Source of the DNA: Candidatus Aminicenantes bacterium
GTDB lineage: Bacteria; Acidobacteriota; Aminicenantia; Aminicenantales; Saccharicenantaceae
Assembly: GCA_963725825.1 (NCBI GenBank)
Contig: CAVSAI010000029.1
Location: 131,765-195,764, forward strand
Reading direction: 5' to 3'
Length of the DNA stretch: 64,000 bases
The notes below the pieces were generated by a model. That model did no database searches. It saw nothing but the letters and a program-made list of their open reading frames with translations, and had not been told where the DNA came from. The position numbers were made by a program, and so were the translations under genes. Below, in pieces: positions 8,451-18,085 of this stretch (the first letter of the stretch is position 1; each line of letters opens with the position of its first letter).

Positions 8451-8479
8451 AATCTACCAGAAATCCGGGGCGAAGGCAA
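8451..8479 (-). promoter_or_regulatory. sigma70-like promoter for the small ORF
   Basis: Minus strand: TTGCCT (8474-8479), N17, TAGATT (8451-8456). The spacer contains the same CCCCGGATTTCTG core as the rpsO promoter, in the same register. Confidence 0.45.
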
Positions 8480-8524
8480 ATCGGCCGGCCGCGGGCGGAG
8501 CGGGCGGCCCGCGGCCGTCGTGTG

Positions 8525-8553
8525 TTTACTCGGGGCCGGGTTTTGACTATGAT
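8525..8553 (+). promoter_or_regulatory. sigma70-like promoter for the D-aminoacylase gene
   Basis: TTTACT (8525-8530), N17, TATGAT (8548-8553). The ATG at 8563 is only 9 nt downstream. Confidence 0.45.
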
Positions 8554-8562
8554 GCGTAGGAC

Positions 8563-10272
8563 ATGGACACCATGAAAAGACGGGCTTTCATCCAGGGCGC
8601 GCTGAAGACGGCCGCCGTCGCTTCCGCCGGAGGCGCCGGGCTCCTTCTCCAGGGATGCGCCAAAGGCAAGGACTTGGACCTTCTTATTGCCGGCGGCACG
8701 GTCTATGACGGGGCGGGCGGTCCTCCGGTCCGGACCGATATCGGCATCTCCGGCGGCACGATCCGGCTGATCGGCCGGATCCCGCGGTCCCGGGCCTCGA
8801 CCGTGATCGAGGCCGAAGGCCGGGCCGTCTCGCCCGGGTTCATCGACGTCCACGACCACACCGATATCGGCCTCCTCGTCAATCCCCGGGCCGAGAGCGC
8901 CGTCCGGCAGGGCGTGACCACGCTGGTCAGCGGCCAGTGCGGCGGCTCTCCCTTCCCCCTCACGGACAAGGACGTCGAGGACCTCCGCCGCAGTCTGGCC
9001 GAGGATTACGGCATTGACACGGGTTGGCGCGACATCCGCGGCTTCTTCGGCCGGCTCGAACAGACCGGCATGGCCTTGAACTACACCACCTTCGTCGGGC
9101 ACGGGACGGTGCGGGGCGTGGCCATGGGTCACGGCGACCGCCCGGCCACGCCGGCCGAGCTCGAACGGATGAAAGAGCTCGTCGCCGAGGCCATGGCCGG
9201 AGGCGCCTTGGGCCTGTCCTCGGGGCTCGAATACACGCCGGGGAGCTTCGCCCCGACCGAGGAGCTCATCGAGCTCAGCCGGGTCGCCGCCAAAACGGGC
9301 GGAGTCTACGCGACTCACATGAGGGACGAGGAGGCCGGCGTTCTCGAAGCCGTGGACGAAGCGCTTCGCATCGCCAAGGAATCGCCCATCCGGCTCCAGA
9401 TCTCTCACCTCAAGATCGGCGAAGCCGCCAATTGGCCGAAGATCGACGCGCTCATGGCCAAGCTCGAGGAGGCCCGGGCCGCCGGGATCGATTTCCGGTG
9501 CGACCGGTATCCCTATATCGCCGCGGCGACGAGCCTGAACCTGCTCTTCCCGATGTGGTCGCGCGAGGGCGTCGACGCGGATTTCGTCGCCCGGCTCAAG
9601 GACCCCGCGCTCGATGCGCGTCTCCGCGAGGCGCTGGCCGGACAGGAAGAGCGGTATGGTTCGTGGGACAAGGTCCTCATCTCCGAGGTGGCCACGGAGA
9701 AGAACCGCGGGGTCGAGGGAATGAGCGTCCTCGAGGCCTCGGCCAAGGCCGGAAAGACCGCGTACGATTTCATGCGCGACCTGCTCGTCGAAGAGTCGGG
9801 ACGCGTCGGAATGATCAGCTTCTATGGCACGGAAGACATCCTCAAGCGCATCCTCGCCCACCCTCTCGTCGGCGTCGGAGGGGACAGCGGGGCGATCGCG
9901 CCCTACGGGCCCTTGAGCAAGGGCCGTCCTCATCCCAGGTTTTACGGCACTTTTCCCCGCGTTCTCGGCAAGTACGTCCGCGAGGAAAAGATCGTGCCGC
10001 TCGAGGAGATGATCCGCAAGATGACAGGCATGCCCGCCGGCCAGATGGGGTTCGTCCGGCGCGGCCAGCTCAAGGTCGGCTGGGCCGCCGACGTCTGCGT
10101 CTTCGATCCGGCCCGGGTCATCGATCGGGCGACCTTCAAGGAGCCGGCCGTCTACCCCGAAGGGATCGAGAAGGTCGTCGTCAACGGCCAGGTCGTCGTC
10201 GAAGACGGCGCGCACACCGGACGGCTGCCGGGACGCGTGCTGAGGAAGAACGCGCGAGGGGCGGTGGCGTGA
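8563..10272 (+). CDS. N-acyl-D-amino-acid deacylase (D-aminoacylase, amidohydrolase superfamily), Tat/lipoprotein signal
   Basis: KRRAFIQG twin-arginine motif and LLQGC lipobox. DLLIAGGTVYDG...SPGFIDVHDHTD metal-binding motif. Length and layout are typical of D-aminoacylases. Confidence 0.85.
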   Translation: MDTMKRRAFIQGALKTAAVASAGGAGLLLQGCAKGKDLDLLIAGGTVYDGAGGPPVRTDIGISGGTIRLIGRIPRSRASTVIEAEGRAVSPGFIDVHDHTDIGLLVNPRAESAVRQGVTTLVSGQCGGSPFPLTDKDVEDLRRSLAEDYGIDTGWRDIRGFFGRLEQTGMALNYTTFVGHGTVRGVAMGHGDRPATPAELERMKELVAEAMAGGALGLSSGLEYTPGSFAPTEELIELSRVAAKTGGVYATHMRDEEAGVLEAVDEALRIAKESPIRLQISHLKIGEAANWPKIDALMAKLEEARAAGIDFRCDRYPYIAAATSLNLLFPMWSREGVDADFVARLKDPALDARLREALAGQEERYGSWDKVLISEVATEKNRGVEGMSVLEASAKAGKTAYDFMRDLLVEESGRVGMISFYGTEDILKRILAHPLVGVGGDSGAIAPYGPLSKGRPHPRFYGTFPRVLGKYVREEKIVPLEEMIRKMTGMPAGQMGFVRRGQLKVGWAADVCVFDPARVIDRATFKEPAVYPEGIEKVVVNGQVVVEDGAHTGRLPGRVLRKNARGAVA

Positions 10273-11204
10273 GGCCTTTTCCCCCGGCCGGGAAACCCGC
10301 CGCGCTTGTGCTTACGCTCGTCGCCCTTATCGCGGCGGCGCTTGGCGCTCAGACGGCGCCGGCCCCGTCGGGCCCGGTCATTCGCCTCGCCTACCGGTCC
10401 CTGCAGCCGGGGGAGCCGATCATCGTTTTTCTCGAAGCCGACCGCTCGGTCAAGTCGGCCGCGGTAACGTTCCTCGGCCGGACCGCGGAGCTGAGGCCGA
10501 CCCGGTCGTCGCGGACGGCGCCCGTCAACTCGCCTGGTGCTGACGTCGCGAGCGTCTTCGCGTTCCTCGGGATCGACGTCCAAACCAAGCCCGGCCCGTA
10601 TGTTTTGACCGTCAAGCTGCGCAAGGCGGGCGGCGTCATGGAGAACGTCCGTAAGGACCTCCTCGTCGTCGCCAGGACCTTCCCTTCGACCAAACTCCAA
10701 TTCAAGCCCGAGTACGTGACGCCGCCCGAGTCCCTTCAGGCGCGGATCAAGCGGGAGGCCGAGCTCGTCGGCCTGGCCATGAGCGTCGTCACCCCCGAAT
10801 GGCTGGGCGAAGGGCCGTTCGTCGTGCCGAACGCGGCCCCGTCATGGTCGAACTTCGGCCAGAGACGGCTCAACAACAACGTTCTGCAATCGCTCCACAC
10901 GGGCCTCGACCTCCGCGTTCCCTTCGGCGAGCCGATCGAGGCCTCGAACGCCGGCCGGGTCGTGATGGCCAGCGATCTCTATTTCGGCGGCAGGACGGTC
11001 ATCATCGATCACGGCCTCGGCGTCTTCAGCACGTACGGCCACATGTCGAAGCTCCTCGTCAAGCGGGGCGAGAGCGTGCGGAAGGGTCAGACGATCGGGC
11101 TCTGCGGCACGACGGGCCGATCGACCGGCCCCCACCTCCATTGGTCCTTCAAGATCTTCGACGCCCGCGTCGACCCCGACGCGATGTTGCGACTGCCTAT
11201 TTAA
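10269..11204 (+). CDS. M23 family metallopeptidase (secreted)
   Basis: GTG start overlapping the upstream stop (GTGA). Signal peptide LVLTLVALIAAALGA. M23 motifs HTGLDLRV, IDHGLGVFSTYGHMS and GPHLHWSF. The track ORF from 9024 is a 5' artefact. Confidence 0.85.
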   Translation: MRPFPPAGKPAALVLTLVALIAAALGAQTAPAPSGPVIRLAYRSLQPGEPIIVFLEADRSVKSAAVTFLGRTAELRPTRSSRTAPVNSPGADVASVFAFLGIDVQTKPGPYVLTVKLRKAGGVMENVRKDLLVVARTFPSTKLQFKPEYVTPPESLQARIKREAELVGLAMSVVTPEWLGEGPFVVPNAAPSWSNFGQRRLNNNVLQSLHTGLDLRVPFGEPIEASNAGRVVMASDLYFGGRTVIIDHGLGVFSTYGHMSKLLVKRGESVRKGQTIGLCGTTGRSTGPHLHWSFKIFDARVDPDAMLRLPI

Positions 11205-13254
11205 GGTAGGTCGCGAGCCACTCGTGGATCGTCTTCCACCAGAGCTCGGCGTTCTGCGGCTTGGAGATGAAGTGGTCCTCGTCGGGGAAGTAGAGGAGCT
11301 TCGAAGGGACGCCGGCGCGCTGGAGCGAAGTGAACAGCTGCAAGCCTTGCTCGAGCGGGACGCGGTAGTCGTTGGCGCTGTGGATGACGAGGAGCGGCGT
11401 CTTGAAGTTTTTGACGGACATGGACGGGGACCACTTCGCGTACTGGTCCGGGCTCGTCCAGGGCGTGCCGTGATACTCCCATTCCGGGAACCACAGCTCC
11501 TCGGTCGCGCCGTACATGGAGCGGAGGTCGAAGACGCCGTCGTGGGAGACGAGGCAGTCGAAGATGTCCGAATGGCCCTCGAGCCAGTCGATCATGTAGC
11601 CGCCGTAGGACGCGCCGGCCGCGCCGAGCTTGTCCGGGTCGATGAACGCATACGCGCCGCGCAAGTACGCGACGCCCTTGAGGATGTCCTCGAAAGGCTT
11701 GCCGCCCCAGTCCCCGGTGATCGAGTCGGTGAAGGCCTGCCCGTAGCCGGTGCTGCCGTGGAAATTGACCATGGCCGTGACATAGCCGCCGGCGGCGAAC
11801 ATCTGGACGTTCCAGCGGTAGTGGAACTCGTCTCCGAAAGCGCCCTGCGGGCCGCCGTGGATGAGCATGAGCAGGGGATACTTCTTCGAAGGATCGAAGG
11901 CCGGGGGCTTGACGAAGTAGCCGTGGATCTTGTCGCCTCCGCCGCCTTCGAACCAGAACTCCTCGGCCGGGTTCATGTCCAGGCGGGCCAGGAGCCCGGC
12001 GTTGATGTCGGTGATCTGCGACAGGGCCTTCGTCTTGAGATCGAGGGACCAGATGTCATACGGACGATCGATCGCTTGCCGCAAGAAATAGAGCCTCCCG
12101 GCGTCGGGGGAGAGGGCCGGAGACGTCAGGAAGTGGCCGTCGAGGACGCGGTCGATCTTCTTCGTCGCCAGGGTCACCTTGAAGACCGCCGTCCGGCCCT
12201 TGTCCTGGGCGTCGAAATAGATCGATGCGCTGCCGGGCGCCCAGAGGAGGTCGTCGGCGGAGTAGTCCAGGTTCTCGGTCAGATTGACCGTCGTCCCGGC
12301 CTTGCGGTCGTAGAGCATCAGCGACTGCTTGTCCGCCTCGAATCCCGGCCGCGCCATGGCCAGATAGGCGATGTACCGGCCGTCGGGGGAATAGCGGGGG
12401 GAATGGTCGTTGGCTTTGTTCGTTGTCAGCTTCTTCGCCTCCCCGCCGCCCGCCGCGGTCAGGAAGATGTCGTTGTTCGTGCCGAGGGCCAGCCGGAATT
12501 CCGGGTCGGTGTTGCGGACGAACGCGATCTCGGACCCGTCGGGGGAGAAGACGTAATCCTGGGAACCCCCGAGGGCGATCGGCGGCACGTCGAAATCCCC
12601 CGTCGAAACATCGACCGGGGTTCCGCCCGCGGCCGGGACGACAAAGAGATGGCTCCGTGTCCCGTCCCACCAGGTGTTCCAGTGCCGGAAGAGGAGGTGA
12701 TCGTAGACGCGGCCCTTGACCTTGCTCGCCTCGAGCTCCTCCATCCGCTTTTTGTTGCCGGCGTCATCCGGAAGATCGGGAAAGACCGAGGAGACGAACG
12801 CGAGTTGCTTGCCTGTCGGTGACCAGATGACGCCCGAGGCGCCCGTCGAGATCCGGGTGAGCTGGACCGCCTCGCCGCCGTTCGGGTCGATCGTCCAGAC
12901 CTGCGGACTTCCGGAGCGCGTCGAGACGAAGGCGATCGTCCGGCCGTCGGGCGACCAGCGGGGGTTCATGTCCGCGGCCGGGCTCGCCGTCAGGCGCCGC
13001 GGCTCACCGCCCCGCGCGGGCACGATCCAGATGTCGCTCAAGCCGCGATTGGCGGACTTGTCCATGACCGTGATGACGAAGGCGATCCGGGTCCCGTCGG
13101 GCGACAGCTGGGGGTCGGTCACCCGCCGGATGCCGATGAAGTCGTCGAAAGCGATGGGCTTTGTCCCGCCGGCCTGGGCGGCCAGGCCGACTGTCGCGCC
13201 GGCGAGGATCCCCAGAAGGGCGATGACGGTGGTTCGGCTGGACTTGGAGGTCAT
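11197..13254 (-). CDS. S9 family serine peptidase with N-terminal TolB-like beta-propeller
   Basis: Start at the ATG 13254 with an AAAGGAG SD and a signal peptide. Repeated SPDG propeller motifs. GASYGGYM nucleophile elbow, with D and H downstream. Confidence 0.9.
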   Translation of the reverse strand: MTSKSSRTTVIALLGILAGATVGLAAQAGGTKPIAFDDFIGIRRVTDPQLSPDGTRIAFVITVMDKSANRGLSDIWIVPARGGEPRRLTASPAADMNPRWSPDGRTIAFVSTRSGSPQVWTIDPNGGEAVQLTRISTGASGVIWSPTGKQLAFVSSVFPDLPDDAGNKKRMEELEASKVKGRVYDHLLFRHWNTWWDGTRSHLFVVPAAGGTPVDVSTGDFDVPPIALGGSQDYVFSPDGSEIAFVRNTDPEFRLALGTNNDIFLTAAGGGEAKKLTTNKANDHSPRYSPDGRYIAYLAMARPGFEADKQSLMLYDRKAGTTVNLTENLDYSADDLLWAPGSASIYFDAQDKGRTAVFKVTLATKKIDRVLDGHFLTSPALSPDAGRLYFLRQAIDRPYDIWSLDLKTKALSQITDINAGLLARLDMNPAEEFWFEGGGGDKIHGYFVKPPAFDPSKKYPLLMLIHGGPQGAFGDEFHYRWNVQMFAAGGYVTAMVNFHGSTGYGQAFTDSITGDWGGKPFEDILKGVAYLRGAYAFIDPDKLGAAGASYGGYMIDWLEGHSDIFDCLVSHDGVFDLRSMYGATEELWFPEWEYHGTPWTSPDQYAKWSPSMSVKNFKTPLLVIHSANDYRVPLEQGLQLFTSLQRAGVPSKLLYFPDEDHFISKPQNAELWWKTIHEWLATYLK

Positions 13255-13351
13255 GGCGGCTCCTTTCGCGGTGGACTGGCCGGAATTATAACAAACCGGG
13301 AACATTTTCGCTTGCGCCCCGTATTCCAATAAGAATAAACTGGCTTTCCGG

Positions 13352-14263
13352 ATGAGCATCGAAGTCAAAGACCTGAGCTTTCGCTACGGGAAGATCGTCG
13401 CTCTCGACGGCGTGACCGTCCGCCTGGGCGAGGGGGCGGTGGGCCTGCTCGGGCCGAACGGGGCCGGCAAAAGCACCCTTCTTCGCATTCTCCTCGGCTT
13501 CCTCGTCCCGGAGCGCGGCGAGGGGAAGGTCCTCGACTACGACATCCGTCGCGAGCAGGCCATGATACGCCGCTCGGTCGGCTACATGCCCGAAAGCGAC
13601 TGTTTCGTCGCCGGCATGGACGCCGTGACCTTCACCTCGTATTTCGGGGAGCTCTCCGGCATGCCCCGGCAGGAAGCCATGAAGCGGGCCCACGAGGTCC
13701 TTTTTTACGTCGGCCTCGGCGAGGCCCGCTACCGGCTCCTCGACACGTATTCCGCGGGCATGAAGCAGCGCCTCAAGCTGGCCCAGGCCCTCGTCCATGA
13801 CCCCAAGATCCTCTTTCTCGACGAGCCGACGTCGAACCTCGACCCGACCGGGCGCACGGAGGTCCTCGATCTCATCAGGGACATCTCGGTCCACAAGTCG
13901 ATCCAGGTCCTGCTGTCTTCGCACATCCTCGACGACATCGAATCCCTCTGCGAGACCGTCGTCATCCTCAAGCACGGGAAGGTCGCGGCCGAGGGCCGGA
14001 TGACCGACCTGCGGGCCATCCACTACAGTCTTTACGAGGTTCGCATCAAAGGCGACGGCGCCGCTTTCCGCAAGGATCTCGAAGTCGCGGGCAGCCGCGT
14101 CGACGAGATGGAGGACGGCCTGATCAAGGTCTACATGCCGGAGGCGAGCGAGCGCATGGACATCTTCCGGACGGCCGCCCGGACGGGCGTCCAGCTGCGC
14201 TCCTTCGTCAAGAGCCGGACCTCGCTCGAGGACCTCTTCGCGGGCGTGGTGGGGGTGGACTGA
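13352..14263 (+). CDS. ABC transporter ATP-binding protein (module 1)
   Basis: Walker A GPNGAGKST, signature YSAGMKQRL, Walker B ILFLDEPT. Confidence 0.9.
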   Translation: MSIEVKDLSFRYGKIVALDGVTVRLGEGAVGLLGPNGAGKSTLLRILLGFLVPERGEGKVLDYDIRREQAMIRRSVGYMPESDCFVAGMDAVTFTSYFGELSGMPRQEAMKRAHEVLFYVGLGEARYRLLDTYSAGMKQRLKLAQALVHDPKILFLDEPTSNLDPTGRTEVLDLIRDISVHKSIQVLLSSHILDDIESLCETVVILKHGKVAAEGRMTDLRAIHYSLYEVRIKGDGAAFRKDLEVAGSRVDEMEDGLIKVYMPEASERMDIFRTAARTGVQLRSFVKSRTSLEDLFAGVVGVD

Positions 14264-15135
14264 TGGCCACGGTCCGCGAAAAGGGCTACAGTCACTGGGA
14301 CGGCCATCTGGTCGAGCGCCGGTTCCCCTGGTGGCCGATCACTCGGACCGGGATCCAGCTGGCCTTCCGCAAGAAGCGGTTCAAGGTCGTTTTCGCCGGC
14401 GCCTTCGTCCCGGCGTTCGTTTTCCTCGTCGGACTTTATATCTCCGAGCGGCTTGAGGACTTCAAGACGATCATCCAGGGCAGCGACCGCCTGCTCAATA
14501 TCGGCCCCAAGTACTTCTCGACCTATTTCACCAACGATTCCCTCCTCTTCCTGATCGTCCTCGTGCTCGCGTTTGGCGCGGGCGGGCTCATCGCCGACGA
14601 CCTCAAGCACAGCTCCCTCCAGCTTTATTTCTCCCGTCCCCTGCGAAAGACGGACTACCTCGTCGGCAAGATGTCGGTCATCGCCTTCTTCGTCCTCATC
14701 TTCACGGCCGTGCCGGGCCTGGTGCTGATCATCTTCAAGCTCATCTTTGCCGGCTCCTTCAGGTTCTTCCTCCAGTATCCCTGGCTGCCGCTGTCCGTCA
14801 TCGGCTACTCGGCCCTGCTGACCGTCTTTTTCGGCTTCTATGTTCTCCTGCTGTCGTCCGTGAGCAAGAACGCCCGCTACGTCTTCATCCTGATCTTCGG
14901 GGTTTACATCTTCTCCAGCGTCATCTTCGGGATCCTCCAAAGCATCTTTCGGACCCCTTATATGACCTTGTTCTCGGTCCCGGCCAATCTCCAGCAGGTG
15001 GGGGCCTTCATCTTCGGCCAGAAGCTGCCTCACGCGGTCCCGGCGGTCTGGTCGTTCGCCGTCCTGGCCGCGATCTGCGCCCTGTCGGCGATCGTCCTCG
15101 ACCGGAAGATCCGCAGCGTCGAGGTCATCAAGTGA
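14263..15135 (+). CDS. ABC-2-type transporter permease (module 1)
   Basis: Six predicted hydrophobic spans. Start overlaps the upstream stop (TGATG). Confidence 0.75.
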   Translation: MATVREKGYSHWDGHLVERRFPWWPITRTGIQLAFRKKRFKVVFAGAFVPAFVFLVGLYISERLEDFKTIIQGSDRLLNIGPKYFSTYFTNDSLLFLIVLVLAFGAGGLIADDLKHSSLQLYFSRPLRKTDYLVGKMSVIAFFVLIFTAVPGLVLIIFKLIFAGSFRFFLQYPWLPLSVIGYSALLTVFFGFYVLLLSSVSKNARYVFILIFGVYIFSSVIFGILQSIFRTPYMTLFSVPANLQQVGAFIFGQKLPHAVPAVWSFAVLAAICALSAIVLDRKIRSVEVIK

Positions 15136-16058
15136 CCGCCGTCATCGCCGCGACGAGCCTGTCCAAGTGGTACGGCAACGTCCTCGGCCTGAACGATGTC
15201 ACGCTCGAGATCGAGGACGGCATCACCGGGCTCCTGGGCCCGAACGGCGCGGGCAAATCGACCTTCATGAAGCTCATCACCGGGCAGATGAAGCCGAACA
15301 TCGGCGCCGTGACCGTCCGCGGCCGGAAGGTTTGGAACAATCCGGGGGTCTTTCAGGGGATCGGGTTCTGCCCCGAGCAGGACGTTTTCTATGAGGACGT
15401 CACCGGCTGGGAGTTCCTCACCGGCCTGCTCAGGTTCTACGGCTACGCGCCGGCGGAGATCAAGGACCGCGCCGCGCGGGCGCTCGACGTCGTCGACCTG
15501 ACGAACGATAAGGACCGCCTCATCCGCGGCTACAGCCGGGGCATGCGCCAGAGGATCAAGTTCGCCCAAGCCGTCGCCCACGATCCCGGGATCCTCATCC
15601 TCGACGAGCCGCTCAGCGGGCTCGACCCCCTGGGCAAGCGCAAGCTCATCAAGCTCATCAAGGGGTTCAGGGACCAGGGCCGCACCGTCCTCGTCTCGAG
15701 CCACGTCTTGCCGGAGATCGAGGCCTTGACCACGAGGATCGTCCTCATCCACCAGGGCAAGATCCTGGCTCAGGGGGATATCCCCTATATCCGGGAGCTG
15801 ATCGAGGCCCATCCGCATCAGATCTCGGTCCGCTCGAGCGATCCGAGGGCCCTGGCCGCCCGCTTCGTCGGCGACCGGTCCATCCAGAAGATGACCTTCG
15901 GGCCCGATGACCGGACGCTCGTCGTTGAGACGCACAAGCGTGACGAGTTCTTCGGCCGCCTGACCGGTGTCGTCCTCGAGGCTGGGATCGAAGTCGACGA
16001 GATCTCCTCGCCGGACGACAACCTGCAGGCCGTCTTCGAATACTTGGTGGGGAAATGA
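15132..16058 (+). CDS. ABC transporter ATP-binding protein (module 2)
   Basis: GTG start overlapping the upstream stop (GTGA). GPNGAGKST, YSRGMRQRI, ILILDEPL. Confidence 0.9.
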   Translation: MTAVIAATSLSKWYGNVLGLNDVTLEIEDGITGLLGPNGAGKSTFMKLITGQMKPNIGAVTVRGRKVWNNPGVFQGIGFCPEQDVFYEDVTGWEFLTGLLRFYGYAPAEIKDRAARALDVVDLTNDKDRLIRGYSRGMRQRIKFAQAVAHDPGILILDEPLSGLDPLGKRKLIKLIKGFRDQGRTVLVSSHVLPEIEALTTRIVLIHQGKILAQGDIPYIRELIEAHPHQISVRSSDPRALAARFVGDRSIQKMTFGPDDRTLVVETHKRDEFFGRLTGVVLEAGIEVDEISSPDDNLQAVFEYLVGK

Positions 16059-16059
16059 G

Positions 16060-16851
16060 ATGACCGCCGCGCAAGCCGTCCGTCAGGTCTTCGCCTTCTT
16101 CGGCTTTCTCGGCCGGAGGACCGGAAAGACGCGCGTCTTCGCCATCCTCGGGCTCATCCCGATCGCCCTGGCCGTCGTCGTCCGCATCGTCCTCCATGGC
16201 CGGTCGGGTCCCATGGCCGCCGTATTCACCGAGATCCTGATGGTGTTCTTCCTGCAGTTCTATATCGTCATCCTGGCCCTCTTCTACGGGACCTCGATCA
16301 CGGCGGAAGAGGTCGAGAACCGGACGCTGTCCTATCTCATCACCCGGCCCATTCCCAAGCCGGCCATCGTCCTCGGCAAGTTCGCGGCTTACGCGCTGCT
16401 CATGTTCGGCATGGTCGCGGTCAGCCTGGCCTTGTCCTATTTCATCATGAACGCCGCCCGCCTCTCCGATCCGCAGCTCTACCTGACGTTCCTCCGCTAC
16501 CTGGGCGTGCTCGGCCTCGGCATTCTGGCCTATGCGGCCTTCTTCACGTTCCTCGGCACGATCCTCAAACGGGCCATCATCGTCGGCCTCGTTTTCGGCT
16601 TCGGGTGGGAGAACGTCATCCAGTACTTTCCCGGCTCGACGCAGAGGTTCTCCATCGTCCACTACTTGAAGTCGCTCCTGCCTTACCATCCGGCGAGCGT
16701 CGGCGGGGGCAGGGGCGTCGCCTTGCTGCTCTTCAGGCTCGAGCCGACGAAGCCGCTCGTGGCCGTCCTGGCGCTGGCCGTGATCACGGTCGCGCTCCTG
16801 GCCCTGGCCTGCTGGTTCTTCAGGATGAAGGAGTATCTCTACGAGGAATAG
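16060..16851 (+). CDS. ABC-2-type transporter permease (module 2)
   Basis: ATG 1 nt after the ATPase stop. Multi-pass hydrophobic protein. The track ORF from 15967 is a 5' artefact. Confidence 0.75.
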   Translation: MTAAQAVRQVFAFFGFLGRRTGKTRVFAILGLIPIALAVVVRIVLHGRSGPMAAVFTEILMVFFLQFYIVILALFYGTSITAEEVENRTLSYLITRPIPKPAIVLGKFAAYALLMFGMVAVSLALSYFIMNAARLSDPQLYLTFLRYLGVLGLGILAYAAFFTFLGTILKRAIIVGLVFGFGWENVIQYFPGSTQRFSIVHYLKSLLPYHPASVGGGRGVALLLFRLEPTKPLVAVLALAVITVALLALACWFFRMKEYLYEE

Positions 16852-16863
16852 GCCGAGGCGGCC

Positions 16864-17883
16864 TTACTTTTTCTCCTCCGGGACCGCTTCCTTCTTGGGC
16901 TTGAAGAGATCACCGCCCTTGGACCGGGCCAGCTCGCCGATCTTGGCCATGGTTTCACGGGGGACGCTGATCTTGAGGTCGGTGAAGTCCTCGCCCGACG
17001 TGATCGAGATCCCGTTCAGCAATTCGCCGACGGCCGGTTCCTGGGCCGCGAACATCGCGCCCAGGGCCTTGAACCCGTTGAGGGTCGAGGCCAGATTGGC
17101 GTTCTGCTCCTTGGTGCCGCCCACCGTCCGGATGTCGGCGGTGACGTTGTTCATCCGGTCGTCGTAGCTTATCGTCAGGGCCGTGACTCCTTCGAGGACC
17201 TTGAGCTGGGGGTTGGCCTCGATGCCCTTTTTGACGAGTTCCTGCGGGACGGCGAATGCGCCCCACAAGAGGCCGCTCTTGTCGACCTTCTTGAGGATGC
17301 CGGACATCTCCGCATTCCTGGCCAGGGATTCGGCCTTCTTCCCGCGGACGTCGATGATCCCTTTGACCCCCTTCTCGCTGCCGATGACGATGTGGCCGGC
17401 GTCGAGAAAGGCCGCCAGGGGCGTCTGCTCGGTTTTTCCCTTGCCGTCGAAGTTGGAGTAGAGGGTCACGCCGTTATAGAGCTCTTCCTTGGCCTCGGGG
17501 GCCTTTTCCTTGATCAGGCTCTGGATCTTGGCCTTGTCGTATTTCAGGCTGATGATGGCGCCTCCCTCCGGGGCCGCGCCGATAAAGGTCCCGATCAAGG
17601 CGATCCCGACGTAGGAAATATCCTTCATGGGATCGATGCCGCTCATCTTGACGAATTCGTCATATTTCTCTTTGGCCTTGGGGTCCTTGAGCGCCTTGGC
17701 GACGGCTTCGGTCTCCATGAGCCGCTGGACGTCGACGCCGACAACGCCGGTCGACGATCTGGGCATCATCTTGATCATGGCTTCGCCCGCCGCGGCCCCG
17801 GTTTTGACGCCCGCCGCCGGGGTGCAGGACGTGAAGGCGACCGTCAGGAAGACGGCCAAGACGGAGAGAGTCGCTTTTTTCAT
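16864..17883 (-). CDS. hypothetical lipoprotein
   Basis: ATG 17883 with an AAGGAGG SD. MKKATLSVLAVFLTVAFTSC lipobox. No recognisable catalytic motif. Confidence 0.7.
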   Translation of the reverse strand: MKKATLSVLAVFLTVAFTSCTPAAGVKTGAAAGEAMIKMMPRSSTGVVGVDVQRLMETEAVAKALKDPKAKEKYDEFVKMSGIDPMKDISYVGIALIGTFIGAAPEGGAIISLKYDKAKIQSLIKEKAPEAKEELYNGVTLYSNFDGKGKTEQTPLAAFLDAGHIVIGSEKGVKGIIDVRGKKAESLARNAEMSGILKKVDKSGLLWGAFAVPQELVKKGIEANPQLKVLEGVTALTISYDDRMNNVTADIRTVGGTKEQNANLASTLNGFKALGAMFAAQEPAVGELLNGISITSGEDFTDLKISVPRETMAKIGELARSKGGDLFKPKKEAVPEEKK

Positions 17884-18085
17884 GGTCAGAACCTCCTTGA
17901 AGGGTACGATCGGAAATACGGGCTCCATCCCCAAAAAGTTCCTCTTCGAACTATACCACCTTCCGCGGCGGCGGGCAATTCAATCCCGAAATCTCCTTTG
18001 GGGCGTTCTTGTGGGGGCGCGCTTTTTGGTATATTGATAGGGCTGCCGCCCGGATAACCGGGGGGCCGATGGAAAGGAGCACGGC

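Noticed and set aside
9024-10268. Long 5' extensions in the ORF track that overlap the upstream gene. Affected calls include the M23 gene 9024-11204, pcm 3011-4123, rhaA 37280-39838, the NPP paralogs up to 27011 and 28330, DPP-IV up to 61989, and the membrane protein up to 24639.
   Set aside because: The extended parts are Arg/Pro/Gly-rich nonsense overlapping real genes in another frame. Internal starts with SD sites, signal peptides or stop/start overlaps give proteins of normal family length.
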